From Candidatus Gottesmanbacteria bacterium (GTDB lineage Bacteria; Patescibacteriota; Microgenomatia; UBA10105; UBA927), in NCBI GenBank assembly GCA_023245355.1, contig JAHFKN010000001.1, positions 75,528 to 139,527 of the forward strand: a stretch of 64,000 nucleotides of DNA, given 5' to 3'. A program made the position numbers and the translations under genes. Below the pieces are notes generated by a model. The model did no database searches and was not told the origin of the DNA. It saw only the letters and a list, made by a program, of their open reading frames with translations. This document shows, in pieces, positions 35,930 to 46,435 of this stretch (its first letter is position 1; every line of letters begins with the position of its first letter).

Positions 35930-38521
35930 TTATGGCACTGTAGAATAGATCTTTTGTGTAGCTTGATTAGTAGTTTTTTTGACTGGTATTTGTTTATCTG
36001 GAGTGTAGAACTTGGCATACAATTTTCTCGACGATTCAACAACCTCATTAACCCTATTCTGACTGTATTCGATTTGTACTGGAACGGTAACACCTGAAAA
36101 TGGTTCTTCTGGGTTAAGTGCTCCAAGCCTCATGTAAAAGTGATATGAGGGAAGGCTCGCGATTTCACCCTGTTCGATGTATGGCCTGAATTGTGGCAAG
36201 ATCATCCGTTCATCCTCAGGGTTAGCTGTTCTAAAGCAAATTACTGTACCCGTATTAGCTAGGGTGATATTTACGAGTGAAACATCCTCAAGTTGTGAGG
36301 TGGTTTGGTGAGCCAAGATAGCGCCAAGTCGATATTTTCGCGCCTCTGAGAGGATTTGGGCAAACGCTGGGGTAGCAAAGTTTTGGAACTCATCAACGTA
36401 CAGGAAGAAGTCTTTTCTTTCTTCCTGCTTCATCCTGGCTCTCTTTAAGGCTGCCAACTGAATCTTGGCCATGATAAGTACTCCAAAAACTTCTGAGTTG
36501 TCTTCTCCAATCTTGCCTTTTGAGAGATTACATAAGAGTATTTTCCCTTCATTCATGATGGTATCGAAGTTTACGGTTGATTTACCTTGCTCAAGTATTC
36601 GCTTGGCTGTCGGGGAAAACAGGAAACGACCGATCTTATTGGTTATAGGAGAAATCATTTTCACTTTTTGATAATCACCCGCTTTGGCAAATTCAAACTT
36701 CCAGAAATCGTTAAGATTCTCATCTGTCAGGTTTTTGGTAACAGATTTTCGGTAGCTCGTGTTAATGAGTAGTTTGTAAACCGTAAACAAGGTAGCATCT
36801 GGGACGGTAAAGGCGGTATGGATAGTATTTCTCAAGATGTATTCCATTCTTGGCCCTGAGTATTTATCTGTGTAGATTTTATGGAAGACCGAGATAATAC
36901 TTTCTGCTATAAATTCTTTTTCTCTGATAGCATCTTCAGGATTTAACCCTGGAGTTAGTTCAAGAAGATTGATACCCATAGGATAGCTAATGTCATCTGG
37001 ATTAAAGTAGACTACATCCTTGATCCTCTCACGAGGTATTACAGACAATATCTGCTCAATCAGATCACCGTGCGGGTCAATCACCGATAACCCTTTGTTA
37101 TGATCAATATCTTGCTTAATCATCGATAGCAACATCGTGGACTTTCCTGTGCCGGTAGCTCCAAGAATATACACATGGCGCCGTCTTTCGTCAGCGGTTA
37201 ACCCTATTTTAGTCTCAGTGCCACCATAGGTATTTGTCCCAAAGTACAAATCACTTTCTTGTTTCTGCTTAAGTGATAATGGAGCGGGCAATTCTTTACT
37301 GTGTTGCTTGAGCAAATCCTCAGTCTTAGTCGTACTGGTATAGGGAAAGTGATAGAGATCTGATACCTCAGTGGCCGAGAGAATAAATGATCTAGTTAGT
37401 AGAAAAAACCTCAAGTTGTAAAGTGATTCCATTATTCGATCAAATATCTTTACTCTGATCCGAAATGACGGAATGAGTGCCTGGTACTCCGAATTATTAA
37501 GCGCGGAAAGTGCAGATTGAAAACCTCGTTCCCGTTTTCTAAGTTCACTATAATTATTGCTTGCTACCATGAGCCGTACAGATGCCGAGAATAACTGTTG
37601 ATCTAATTTATTCTTTACCAGTTGTTCCAGTTCCATCTGATACGGGTTTGGTGTTTTGAGTGGTTCGATATCGGTTGGAAGCCGTAGCATCGGACCTTCT
37701 CTGCCATCTGTTGTGATAAAGACTAATAATCCAAATGGAAGCATCAGTATACGAAGTATTAAACCGAAGAGCATTTTAAATAAGACTACAACTGGATTTG
37801 AGCTTGCATCATTGCCCAAGTTTGAAACAATATCTTTACCTGAGTAAATAAGATGAGAGATACGCGAAACGTCAGGAAGTGAAGATTTACGCAGAGGCGA
37901 TAATACGACCTGAAATGCAGTTAGATCATCATCACTTAACTTAGTCATACTTCCTGTTAGGTATGCTATTGGATCATGGCTGGCTAAATCCTCTTGGTGT
38001 TTTAGTGGGTATGCAAAGTGTCGTGAAAGTCTATAACTAGATATTCGTTTATGTTGCTTAGTAAGTAACTCCAGATAATCAGTCGTTTCTTTTACACTGA
38101 TTCCGGGTAGATAGGATAAGAGGGTTTTCTTAACTAAGTCAGCTTCATCTTCCCCAATTCTTGTGTAATAGGTTATTCCGCCATTCTTCGTCGAAACTAT
38201 CTCAAAAGAATAGGTTTTTTGGATATCAAATAAACGGTTGATAAATGATCGTTGTCTGGCGAGCCCATGCAGAATGGCAAATAATTGCTGAGTTGTATAT
38301 GAAGACTGTTCTGTATTTTTGAGAGGTTTAATCTCAAAAAGGATACTTTTCTCTTTTAATTGTTTAATGAAAAGATATACGCGAAATATCTGAAAACAGA
38401 CATATATGAGCACCAAAGCCAGTAAAACTATCTTGAGCGGAGTAATAAAGGGACTAAATGAAGTGAGGAACGAAGTTAAATACGTAGCTAGAGTTTGTTG
38501 TATGGAAGTTATATTTGGCAT
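35930..38521 (-). CDS. VirD4/TraD-like type IV coupling protein
   Basis: RRHVYILGATGTGKST, IDPHGDL, LYVDEFQNF, SEARKY..AHQ; N-terminal TM. Confidence 0.85.
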   Translation of the reverse strand: MPNITSIQQTLATYLTSFLTSFSPFITPLKIVLLALVLIYVCFQIFRVYLFIKQLKEKSILFEIKPLKNTEQSSYTTQQLFAILHGLARQRSFINRLFDIQKTYSFEIVSTKNGGITYYTRIGEDEADLVKKTLLSYLPGISVKETTDYLELLTKQHKRISSYRLSRHFAYPLKHQEDLASHDPIAYLTGSMTKLSDDDLTAFQVVLSPLRKSSLPDVSRISHLIYSGKDIVSNLGNDASSNPVVVLFKMLFGLILRILMLPFGLLVFITTDGREGPMLRLPTDIEPLKTPNPYQMELEQLVKNKLDQQLFSASVRLMVASNNYSELRKRERGFQSALSALNNSEYQALIPSFRIRVKIFDRIMESLYNLRFFLLTRSFILSATEVSDLYHFPYTSTTKTEDLLKQHSKELPAPLSLKQKQESDLYFGTNTYGGTETKIGLTADERRRHVYILGATGTGKSTMLLSMIKQDIDHNKGLSVIDPHGDLIEQILSVIPRERIKDVVYFNPDDISYPMGINLLELTPGLNPEDAIREKEFIAESIISVFHKIYTDKYSGPRMEYILRNTIHTAFTVPDATLFTVYKLLINTSYRKSVTKNLTDENLNDFWKFEFAKAGDYQKVKMISPITNKIGRFLFSPTAKRILEQGKSTVNFDTIMNEGKILLCNLSKGKIGEDNSEVFGVLIMAKIQLAALKRARMKQEERKDFFLYVDEFQNFATPAFAQILSEARKYRLGAILAHQTTSQLEDVSLVNITLANTGTVICFRTANPEDERMILPQFRPYIEQGEIASLPSYHFYMRLGALNPEEPFSGVTVPVQIEYSQNRVNEVVESSRKLYAKFYTPDKQIPVKKTTNQATQKIYSTVP

Positions 38522-38586
38522 AATCCGACCTTAATAGGCAGGATTTAGTTGAGAGTATACAGGAAGTTGCCGTTGTGAGCAAAAGC

Positions 38587-38811
38587 TTAAAACGGTAGGA
38601 CTTGGGATGATTTAATCTTGAGCGCCTTGCAAATACTTTCGATCACTGAAAAAGTAGGGTTTTCTTCTCCTCGTTCAATGCCAGCATAGTGGGTTGTAGA
38701 AATTTTACTCAGTACCGCAACCTCTTCTTGTGAAAGTTTTTTATCCTCCCGAACAGAGCGCAGGTTTTTACCGAACGCTTTCTGGCTTTTTTCATCTGGC
38801 AACATATTCAT
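38587..38811 (-). CDS. XRE family HTH regulator
   Basis: LSQEEVA...HYAGIERGEENPT. Confidence 0.9.
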   Translation of the reverse strand: MNMLPDEKSQKAFGKNLRSVREDKKLSQEEVAVLSKISTTHYAGIERGEENPTFSVIESICKALKIKSSQVLPF

Positions 38812-38939
38812 AATCGTAGTATATCACTCGCAATTTGACGGTAGTTTATCAAAGAACTCTCATTTCTTCAAGTTATAGGACATAGTTTGAGCCTAAATAT
38901 CCTCTGTAACTATAATTATAATTTAGCCTTGAAATATGC

Positions 38940-38986
38940 TTGACAACTACAACTATAATTGCTATTCTGTAACTATAGTTGTAGTT
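38940..38986 (+). promoter_or_regulatory. Recombinase operon promoter with overlapping 13-bp inverted repeat
   Basis: TTGACA-N17-TATTCT; AACTACAACTATA(38945-57)/TATAGTTGTAGTT(38974-86). Confidence 0.7.
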
Positions 38987-39003
38987 TATTTAAGAGTACA
39001 GCC

Positions 39004-39213
39004 ATGATAAGTAAAGAGTATTTAGATAAGTTTAAGAAGCTATATAAGGACAAATATGACATTACTCTCACAGATGAGGAGGCAACTGAATTGGCAAACC
39101 ATTTTCTCAACATGATGGAAGTGCTTATCAAGCCTAAACAAAAACGTTCGCGCAGCATACAGAATAACAATGTGTCTGAGGAAAGGAGTACCTATGCGAC
39201 TGACAGACTATAA
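39004..39213 (+). CDS. Small protein upstream of recombinase
   Basis: MISKEYLDKFKKLYKDKYDITLTDEEA; start reset to ATG 39004. Confidence 0.6.
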   Translation: MISKEYLDKFKKLYKDKYDITLTDEEATELANHFLNMMEVLIKPKQKRSRSIQNNNVSEERSTYATDRL

Positions 39214-40828
39214 AAACCACAATAATACTAAGCTTCCTGCGTCTCCACGTTACATGATGTATTGCCGCAAAAGCAGTGAATCCGATGAGCGCCAGATTCA
39301 ATCATTACCAGATCAGATAACAAACTTGACTGCACTCATTAAACAAAGAGGTGTTGAACTTGTTGGCGAGCCATTACAAGAGCAGCGAACCGCAAAAATG
39401 CCGGGTAGACCGGTATTTGGAAAGCTTGTACAAATGATCGAGGATGGGGAGGTAAATACCATCGTGTTGCTTAATCCATCCCGCTTATCTAGAAATACCG
39501 TAGATACTGGTCGAATTATCTATCTCATGGATCAAGGAAAGTTGCTTGAAGTCGTTACTCCGTATCAATCGTTTCGTAATAATCCAAGCGATAAATTCAT
39601 GCTTAACCTGCTTTGTACGCAAGCTAAGCTCGAGAATGATAATAAAAGCGTCAATGTTACCGAAGCACTAAAGCTTAAAGCTGAACGCGGAGTGTTCCCA
39701 GGCAAAGCAAGGCCAGGATATAGAAATAATCATGAAAAACCTCAAGGACTACGAGATATCTCGCCACATCCCGTATATTTTCCACTTATGAGAAAGCTCT
39801 TTGACTTAGCTCTAACTGGCAACTACAGCGTTGAAGCTCTCATGCGGGAGGCCAAAATCCTTGGCATACGAAGTACCAAGTCTGGCAAACCGATTGTGAA
39901 AAGTTGGATGCATCGAATACTGCGAGACCCGTTCTATACCGGTCGGTTTATCTATAACAGCAAGCTCTATCAAGGACAGCATCAAGCCATGCTTACCGAC
40001 GCTGAGTTTAACTTGCTTCAAGATATATTGGACGGCAGATCCAAAGCCAGACTCCAAAAACATGATTTTGCACTCAATGGCATTATGAAGTGTGGAGAGT
40101 GTCATTATTGTATTACCGCTCAAGAGCATAAGAAAAAATACAAAAACGGCACAGAGCAGGTATTCGGTTACTATAACTGTACGAAGAAAGGAAATAACAA
40201 GTGCTCACAACCGTTTGTATCCACTTCCAAACTCGAAGGACAGTTTTCAAGTGATCTATCACACTTTGAGATTGAGGATAAAGAGTTTATAGATTGGGCA
40301 TATGAAGCACTCGAAGAAACCAGAGACAAGTATCATGAAGTCAATAAAACCAGCTCAGAAGCCCTCCAAACGGCTTTAGACGGTGTGAATCGCCGGATCG
40401 ATAATCTTATTGCCCTCAAAATTTCTCCTGAGAATGACGGAAGCCTCTTATCTGACTCAGAGTTTGGTGATAGAAAACGCGAACTCATGATGGAAAAGGA
40501 ACAAATTACAAGACAGTTGGCACTAGCAAATGCAAATGGTGACGAGTGGTCTGATGTTGCTAAAGACTCTTTTGAATTTGCGTTACTAGCTAAAGAACGA
40601 TTTGAAACCGGTGACTCTGAAGACAAAAAAGTGATATTCAAGGCAATCGGCTTGAACCCGATCTTACTAGATCAAAAACTGGAATATCAGCCTAGATTTG
40701 TCTTTATGAAGATGAAAGAGGTTGCGGAAACTATGAACGGCGGAAATGACCCGCTCGAACCCAAAAAAAGCCCGTCAGATCGCGAAAATCTGAAAAATTA
40801 TTTAAAAAGTACTGTATTGTGCGGGTGA
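39194..40828 (+). CDS. Large serine recombinase (integrated, C-terminally altered form)
   Basis: YCRKSS catalytic motif, SRLSRN, zinc ribbon CGEC...YYNC...C, coiled coil; AAAGGAG RBS before 39194; stop inside tRNA. Confidence 0.92.
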   Translation: MRLTDYKNHNNTKLPASPRYMMYCRKSSESDERQIQSLPDQITNLTALIKQRGVELVGEPLQEQRTAKMPGRPVFGKLVQMIEDGEVNTIVLLNPSRLSRNTVDTGRIIYLMDQGKLLEVVTPYQSFRNNPSDKFMLNLLCTQAKLENDNKSVNVTEALKLKAERGVFPGKARPGYRNNHEKPQGLRDISPHPVYFPLMRKLFDLALTGNYSVEALMREAKILGIRSTKSGKPIVKSWMHRILRDPFYTGRFIYNSKLYQGQHQAMLTDAEFNLLQDILDGRSKARLQKHDFALNGIMKCGECHYCITAQEHKKKYKNGTEQVFGYYNCTKKGNNKCSQPFVSTSKLEGQFSSDLSHFEIEDKEFIDWAYEALEETRDKYHEVNKTSSEALQTALDGVNRRIDNLIALKISPENDGSLLSDSEFGDRKRELMMEKEQITRQLALANANGDEWSDVAKDSFEFALLAKERFETGDSEDKKVIFKAIGLNPILLDQKLEYQPRFVFMKMKEVAETMNGGNDPLEPKKSPSDRENLKNYLKSTVLCG

Positions 40829-40901
40829 GAGGACTTGAACCTCTAAGCCTTACGGCACAGCCTCCTCAAGACTGCGTGTCTACCAGTTTCACCACACCCG
40901 C
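40820..40901 (-). tRNA. tRNA-Leu(GAG), integration target
   Basis: GCGGGTG/CACCCGC, CAGTC-TTGAGGA-GGCTG. Confidence 0.95.
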
Positions 40902-41044
40902 GTCATGTCAGGTCATTATTATACCAAAAAATGTCTCCGGCGTAGAGAAGAAGTTCTTTTCCTTTTTAACCGACTCGAATGTCTTCATTCAGTTGAAACG
41001 AAAATACTGTACGTTGTTTTATGGATGTTTGATATAGTGTATGT

Positions 41045-41716
41045 GTGATCTATATTGTCGAATTTCTTATATTTGCGTTTTTGGGCTGGATTGTCGATTC
41101 CCTGTATAGTTCTTTCGAGCATAAGAAAAAAGTGATCTCGGGATACTTTCGGGGCGTGCCGCTGTGTCCTCTGTACGGCTTCGGGGGAATCATACTTCTT
41201 AATAGTTTTGCGCTTCTGTCTGCCCAACCCGGATGGATAGTAGTTTTGGCATCAACCATCATGATTATCGTGCTGGAATATATCGGCGGGAGGATAGCAG
41301 AACATGTATTGGAGGAGCGACTGTGGGATTATTCCAAAGAACGTTTTAACCTGCATGGATACATCAGCGCAAAACACAGTATCCTGTGGTTAATTGTCGT
41401 AACAATACTCTATGTTCTGATAGGAAAATCTGCCGGTACATACATCACATGGCTGGGTACGCACATTCCCATTGAAAGTCATCTGGATGTTCTCGTCGTA
41501 TTTATTGCGGCCGGTTTGTCATTTCTGGTGACGATAAAAAATAAGAAACTGCGCCTTTCGCGTTTGGCTGAAAAACAACTGGAAGACATACAGTCCATTG
41601 AGGAAATGTTTGACTTCCGTAAACTGGAGGCGCTTCGTAAGAAAAAACATCACGAAATATTTTCCAGGAAGAACATCGATACGTTTCTTAAAAAAGTAGA
41701 GGAATGGAACACATGA
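41045..41716 (+). CDS. Putative ABC transporter permease (DUF1113/CmpB-like)
   Basis: FLGW, P.CPLYGFG, LEY, LWDYS...NL.G.I. Confidence 0.8.
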   Translation: MIYIVEFLIFAFLGWIVDSLYSSFEHKKKVISGYFRGVPLCPLYGFGGIILLNSFALLSAQPGWIVVLASTIMIIVLEYIGGRIAEHVLEERLWDYSKERFNLHGYISAKHSILWLIVVTILYVLIGKSAGTYITWLGTHIPIESHLDVLVVFIAAGLSFLVTIKNKKLRLSRLAEKQLEDIQSIEEMFDFRKLEALRKKKHHEIFSRKNIDTFLKKVEEWNT

Positions 41717-41726
41717 CGCCGTAACA

Positions 41727-42182
41727 TTACTGCAGGATTTTGGCAGCACGTTCTGCCCACGTTTTCACTTTCTGCTCATTCTCCTGCAATGAATAATAAC
41801 GGTCGATCCGCAGTGATTCCATGTTTGGTGTGACATTCAGTGCTTTCAGTGTGTTTTCTATGACATCAACTGCCCCGCAAAAGTGCGGGTACGATACATC
41901 TCCGAGTCCGAAAATCAGAACCTTTTTACCTGTTAAATCCTGAGGTGAAAGAGCAGCAAGAAATGCCGTTATTTCCGGCAAGGGTTGTCCGTCCTTCCCC
42001 TGGTCCTCCCAACTAGGGGAACCCACGATGAGTGCGTTGTATGCGTGCAGGGATTCTTTTGTTGCGTTTTCTACCGGCAGCACATCGACTTCAAGGCCGG
42101 TGGCAACAAGAGTACGTCCGATCAGTTCCGCGACAGTCATTGTCGAGCCCGAGAGTGTTCCGTAAATGAGCAAGCACTTCAT
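41727..42182 (-). CDS. Flavodoxin
   Basis: YGTLSGST, GSPSW, FGLGD.SY.HFCGAVD. Confidence 0.9.
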   Translation of the reverse strand: MKCLLIYGTLSGSTMTVAELIGRTLVATGLEVDVLPVENATKESLHAYNALIVGSPSWEDQGKDGQPLPEITAFLAALSPQDLTGKKVLIFGLGDVSYPHFCGAVDVIENTLKALNVTPNMESLRIDRYYSLQENEQKVKTWAERAAKILQ

Positions 42183-42197
42183 GTAATGTATTATACA

Positions 42198-43235
42198 TTA
42201 ATGCAGGGAGTTGTGAACGATTTGGACAACGAAATCATCAAGCGTCATGCCGTGCGCTTTGATGCTTGCCGTCATCGCATCACGCGGATCAGGGTCAAAT
42301 CCGGCATTGGCATTGGCTTCCAGAAAATACCAGGTGTTTTCTTTGGTATTAAACCGCAGGTCAAAGCGGGCATAATCCCGTAGCCCCAAAGCATAAAAAG
42401 CACGGATAGAATCTTTGCGTATTCCCGTATCTATCCCCGCTTTGAGTTCCTTTGGCGGAGCGATGAAATGACAGCTTTGATACGCTGCGGTATTTTTGGT
42501 CCATTTCTCGTCGAACCCGTAAATATTCCATTTATTTTTACCCTTGCTGCGGAACGCAATTTCCGCGATAGGAAGCGCGTACGTTTTGGTCGGCGTCTCC
42601 AGAACGGTAACCTGCAGCTCTTTGCCTGCAATAAATTCCTCTGCCAGCAAGGCCTGCTTATGGGATTTACGCATGCGTTGTATGATTTTTACAAATTGCT
42701 GGTAGGTTGTGGCAATCGATTGATTGGTAATGCCGATGCTGCAATGCTCGAACGCGGGTTTGACAATGACGGGAAATTTACCGGGCAGCAATTTTCTGCT
42801 GATGCGGTCTTTAAGATGTATGACGGTATATTTTGGGGTGGGCAGCGCATTTTTTTCAAACAACCGTTTCGTTTTCAACTTGTTATTGGAAATCTGAATG
42901 GCTTTAAACGATGAACCGGAATACGGTATATGCAGTCTTCCCAGAATTTTCGCGATTTCCACTTCCATTTTTTTGCTGTCGACAAGATTAAAAACGAAAT
43001 CCGCCTTTAATTGTTTCAACTCTGACAGGTCATCGGGTTTTACTTTGATAATTTGCACGTTATATCCGCGTTTCTTAAACAGCACGCGCATATAGTTGAC
43101 GATATCATCGGTCTGATTATCGACAAGTGCGTGTTGTGAACTGAAATAGGTATCCGTGATATCCTTGGGCACGTAGTGATACAGGATAGCGATCGTAAAT
43201 CTTTTTTTTGCCCGCACTCTTTTTTTGGTTTTCAT
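42198..43235 (-). CDS. D-Ala-D-Ala ligase-like ATP-grasp protein
   Basis: VFNL, PYSGS, IVKP..EH.S.GI, EEFI.G.E, ARFD.R, LEANAN. Confidence 0.8.
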   Translation of the reverse strand: MKTKKRVRAKKRFTIAILYHYVPKDITDTYFSSQHALVDNQTDDIVNYMRVLFKKRGYNVQIIKVKPDDLSELKQLKADFVFNLVDSKKMEVEIAKILGRLHIPYSGSSFKAIQISNNKLKTKRLFEKNALPTPKYTVIHLKDRISRKLLPGKFPVIVKPAFEHCSIGITNQSIATTYQQFVKIIQRMRKSHKQALLAEEFIAGKELQVTVLETPTKTYALPIAEIAFRSKGKNKWNIYGFDEKWTKNTAAYQSCHFIAPPKELKAGIDTGIRKDSIRAFYALGLRDYARFDLRFNTKENTWYFLEANANAGFDPDPRDAMTASIKAHGMTLDDFVVQIVHNSLH

Positions 43236-43336
43236 ATTTTCGCTGTTATAACAACAACAAATTTTTACACGTTTGTCAAATATACCACAACCATTGTGGC
43301 GAGATGCGTATATTTGTTAAAATAGAAATCCGGGAG

Positions 43337-43409
43337 GGACGATTAGCTCAACGGCTAGAGCACTTCGTTTACATCGAAGGGGTTGGGGGTTCGAATCCCT
43401 CATCGTCCA
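43337..43409 (+). tRNA. tRNA-Val(TAC)
   Basis: CTTCG-TTTACAT-CGAAG. Confidence 0.95.
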
Positions 43410-43419
43410 CAGGGATAAT

Positions 43420-43492
43420 GCTGAGGTAGCCAAGGTGGTCAAGGCGCCTGTCTGAAAAACAGGTTATGCGTGTTCGACTCACGCCCTCAGCA
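43420..43492 (+). tRNA. tRNA-Phe(GAA)
   Basis: CCTGT-CTGAAAA-ACAGG. Confidence 0.93.
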
Positions 43493-43552
43493 CAATACTA
43501 TGTGCTTTTGGGATATAGATCAGGGTATAATACCCCGCGCTGGGGAAATAAA

Positions 43553-43624
43553 GCGGCGTTAGTTCACCGGTAGAATGTCTCCTTGCCAAGGAGAAGGTAA
43601 CGGGTTCAATTCCCGTACGCCGCT
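43553..43624 (+). tRNA. tRNA-Gly(GCC)
   Basis: TCTCC-TTGCCAA-GGAGA. Confidence 0.95.
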
Positions 43625-43659
43625 CAAAAACACACTAGGTAGGTCTATGGTTCCCTACT

Positions 43660-43731
43660 TGCGGGGTCGTTCAACGGTAGGACACCTGCCTTTGGAGCAG
43701 GGTATTCTTGGTTCGAATCCAAGCCCCGCAG
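43660..43731 (+). tRNA. tRNA-Gln(TTG)
   Basis: CCTGC-CTTTGGA-GCAGG. Confidence 0.95.
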
Positions 43732-43862
43732 CATATACGAAACATGCCAGAAAGGGCATATTTTTGTATATACGGGGTTAAGGATTAGAGCCAGCGGTTC
43801 GGAAATGAGGAGCCATTATCGCAACAACGATTGCGATACTAGCGAATTAATTGACTTTCTTT

Positions 43863-44630
43863 TCATTGCATCTTCGGTGGTAACGGGAAAAATATACTGG
43901 TTCGCCTTTTATACGCTTCAAAATCAGGTCTGCCTGCATATTTTTTCTCAAGCAGGGGTACGCCGGACACAAAAAGGATAAGTATCGTGATTGTTAAAGG
44001 CCCGATAATAGTAATAAGCGCATTTGGCAAAGAGAGCGCGATAATAAATATTCCCCACCATTGAGTTACCTCACCGAAATAGTTCGGATGACGGCTATAT
44101 CGCCATAAACCGGTTTCCATGAGTTTTCCTTTATTTGCAGGATTTGAAATAAATGTTTTGAGTTGCGCATCACCGGTTGATTCGAAGTAAAAACCGATGC
44201 CCCAAACGAATAAACCAATAAGATCGAATATACCGAATACGTTGCTTGGTTGGTTATGAATAAAAATGACAGGTTGGATAATGAGATACAGAAATAGTCC
44301 TTGAAGTAAATAAACCTGGATATACGAGCGCAGGAAAAACCACTTTCCCCAATCTTTCCGCCACGCCGCATACCGATAATCTTCGTGCTTGTTTACACTT
44401 CGCTTATAAATGTGACAAGCCAAACGCATGCCCCAAATGGTCACTAACAGATTAACAAACAATCCACGAAGCGAAGTATTAGATAAATACAATCCTAACC
44501 AGGATATCAGGATAAATCCCAATCCCCACGCTATGTCGGCGACATCATTTCGTTTTTTAACGATCGAAAGGATAAACCAGAAGCTCATATAACAAGATAG
44601 GATTACTGCCAGAACGAGATAGTAGTTCAT
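43863..44630 (-). CDS. DUF1295 (steroid 5-alpha-reductase-like) membrane protein
   Basis: [24 protein letters not shown]. Confidence 0.9.
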   Translation of the reverse strand: MNYYLVLAVILSCYMSFWFILSIVKKRNDVADIAWGLGFILISWLGLYLSNTSLRGLFVNLLVTIWGMRLACHIYKRSVNKHEDYRYAAWRKDWGKWFFLRSYIQVYLLQGLFLYLIIQPVIFIHNQPSNVFGIFDLIGLFVWGIGFYFESTGDAQLKTFISNPANKGKLMETGLWRYSRHPNYFGEVTQWWGIFIIALSLPNALITIIGPLTITILILFVSGVPLLEKKYAGRPDFEAYKRRTSIFFPLPPKMQ

Positions 44631-45025
44631 AATCCAAGCTTGAGAGCTATAAAGTAGGTGGCAACAGAAACCGCAGCAGATACAAACATACCCCAGATGA
44701 GATCAACTATTGTGACAATAAGCGGCCAGTCTTTTATGGTTGCAAGATTCGTGAGGTCGTATGTCGCATACGTAACAAGTCCAAAAAATAAACCCGCCAG
44801 AAGTGCATGCGTCCACATCTTTTTATCAAGTGCAGGATTAATGACAAAGAATATCAAGGCAGCAATAAAAATAAGATAAAAAATGAGAGCGGCCAAAAGA
44901 TTAGGATTCTTAGCCATCAAATACCCTATGTGTTTGGCATAAAAATTTTTGGCAATCAGCGTCAGCCATATCATGTCTATCCCAAGGAAAACAGGCAGCG
45001 CGATACAACAAAGTTTCAGAAACAT
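44627..45025 (-). CDS. DUF2177 membrane protein
   Basis: [14 protein letters not shown]...W...DL.WG. Confidence 0.85.
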   Translation of the reverse strand: MFLKLCCIALPVFLGIDMIWLTLIAKNFYAKHIGYLMAKNPNLLAALIFYLIFIAALIFFVINPALDKKMWTHALLAGLFFGLVTYATYDLTNLATIKDWPLIVTIVDLIWGMFVSAAVSVATYFIALKLGL

Positions 45026-45070
45026 AGTATGTAATAAAGCATATAGGGATTATGCACGAAACGCAAAGAG

Positions 45071-46414
45071 TTATTTTCCCCGCTTAACGGTAAACAGATT
45101 CGGGTAGTAGAGAAATATGGCAGGAGATTCTTCGACCAGCCGTCGCTGGAAATCCGTATAAATAATTTTCCGTTTTTCCTGGTCCAGTTCCTGTCTGCCA
45201 TCCTCAAGCAATTTATCTATTTTTACGTTTGCGTATCCTGTCACATTTGTCTGGGTCTGTGTGGAATGCCAGAACGGATACTGATCGGGATCAGGAGGTA
45301 CGTCCTGCGCACTAAGCAGCACCTGATAATTTGCCGGTACCGCACTTTCGACCTGGACGGTTGTTTTTACTCCCAAGGCAGTCCACGCAGCGGCAATCTG
45401 CTGAGCAACATCTAAATATGCAGGGAATGTCGATAATGTGAGTTCTGCTGAGGTTGTCGCTAAATGCGTAGTTTTCAAAAGCCGCGATGCTTCCTGAGGC
45501 GAATATGCGTATTTGCGTACATTTTTGGCATATGCCCATGATTTGTTGCTTATAGGCGAACCTGCCCGTTCCCAGGGCAGATCAGGGATTCCGTATGCGA
45601 GTCCCTGACGTACTGCCTTGTCGCTCAGTTCGGGGTTCCGCATGTTAAAAAATAGCGTCACGATGCGGTCGTAATTGGTATGTTCATCGATATGTATATT
45701 CCCCCAGTCGGCAATCCCCGACGGAGAACTGATATCTGCAAGTTCATCTATCTCTCCCAGTTTAAATGCCAGTTTTGCAAGGGCTTCGGTCTGATAGAAC
45801 GTGTACCGTTTCGGCTGTTTGTTCGATTCATCGGTAGGATACAGCTGCAAGGACTTTACGCTGCCGCCGCTTAACTGTATTCTGCCGATTTTATACGGGC
45901 CTATACCGTTTAATCCCGGCAAAAATACCGGCTTGGCGACCAATGTAGGAAACGGGCTGTACGGATACTGCAGATACGCAATAAGCGTGTGCTCACCGGT
46001 CGGAATGAGTGTGACACCGCGGATATTATAATTGATATCGTGAGCGGTAACGCTTTTACCGGTATGCCACTTCATATCACTGCGCATGGTAAAAATAAAT
46101 GTTTTACCGCTGTTGGTAGCTTCCCATGAGGATGCAAGCGCGGGAACAGGCGCGCCGTCAGCAGAAAGCGATGTCAGACCGATACTTACCTGATCCTGTA
46201 TAACCTGCGGCAGCGTAGAAGGACTGAAATCTCCGACGAGTCCTATCCGTTCGGTCGGAAGAAAAAACGATGTACTTACATACGGGTATGTTTTCCAGAA
46301 AACGAACGAAAGAAAAAGACCGATGAAGAACCCCAAAACGAGAGATCGTGTATATTTACGCGCAAGTTCTACGATGATAAGAAATAGTATCCGTACTGAC
46401 CTCGGTGTTGTCAT
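45071..46414 (-). CDS. ABC transporter family-5 substrate-binding protein
   Basis: PALA.SW, KWH.G..VTA.D, G.GPYK, DPDQYPFWHS.Q. Confidence 0.85.
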   Translation of the reverse strand: MTTPRSVRILFLIIVELARKYTRSLVLGFFIGLFLSFVFWKTYPYVSTSFFLPTERIGLVGDFSPSTLPQVIQDQVSIGLTSLSADGAPVPALASSWEATNSGKTFIFTMRSDMKWHTGKSVTAHDINYNIRGVTLIPTGEHTLIAYLQYPYSPFPTLVAKPVFLPGLNGIGPYKIGRIQLSGGSVKSLQLYPTDESNKQPKRYTFYQTEALAKLAFKLGEIDELADISSPSGIADWGNIHIDEHTNYDRIVTLFFNMRNPELSDKAVRQGLAYGIPDLPWERAGSPISNKSWAYAKNVRKYAYSPQEASRLLKTTHLATTSAELTLSTFPAYLDVAQQIAAAWTALGVKTTVQVESAVPANYQVLLSAQDVPPDPDQYPFWHSTQTQTNVTGYANVKIDKLLEDGRQELDQEKRKIIYTDFQRRLVEESPAIFLYYPNLFTVKRGK

Positions 46415-46435
46415 AGCAAATGGTATGACTTTACC

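Larger units (their letters stand above)
22856..40822. mobile_element. Integrative conjugative element inserted at tRNA-Leu(GAG) 3' end
   Basis: Serine recombinase, XRE, T4CP, relaxase, VirB4/VirB6/pilin/PrgI/M23; AT-richer by eye; TGTGC core at 22856-60 and 40818-22. Confidence 0.9.

Noticed and set aside
10743-40857. 32-bp direct repeat (10743-74 and 40826-57) as attL/attR of a 30-kb island
   Set aside because: 10.8-22.8 kb has host-like composition, tRNAs and housekeeping genes. Serine recombinases need only a short core, and the 22856 boundary has reading-frame and motif support.
15202-43781. ORFs or extended starts running through tRNAs (15202, 17107, 18808, 21069, 22337, 40819, 43208, 43575)
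   Set aside because: They are translations of tRNA sequence.
43741-45025. AT-richer DUF1295/DUF2177 pair after tRNA-Gln as a second island
   Set aside because: Hairpins are present but I found no integrase or boundary repeat; composition judged by eye only.
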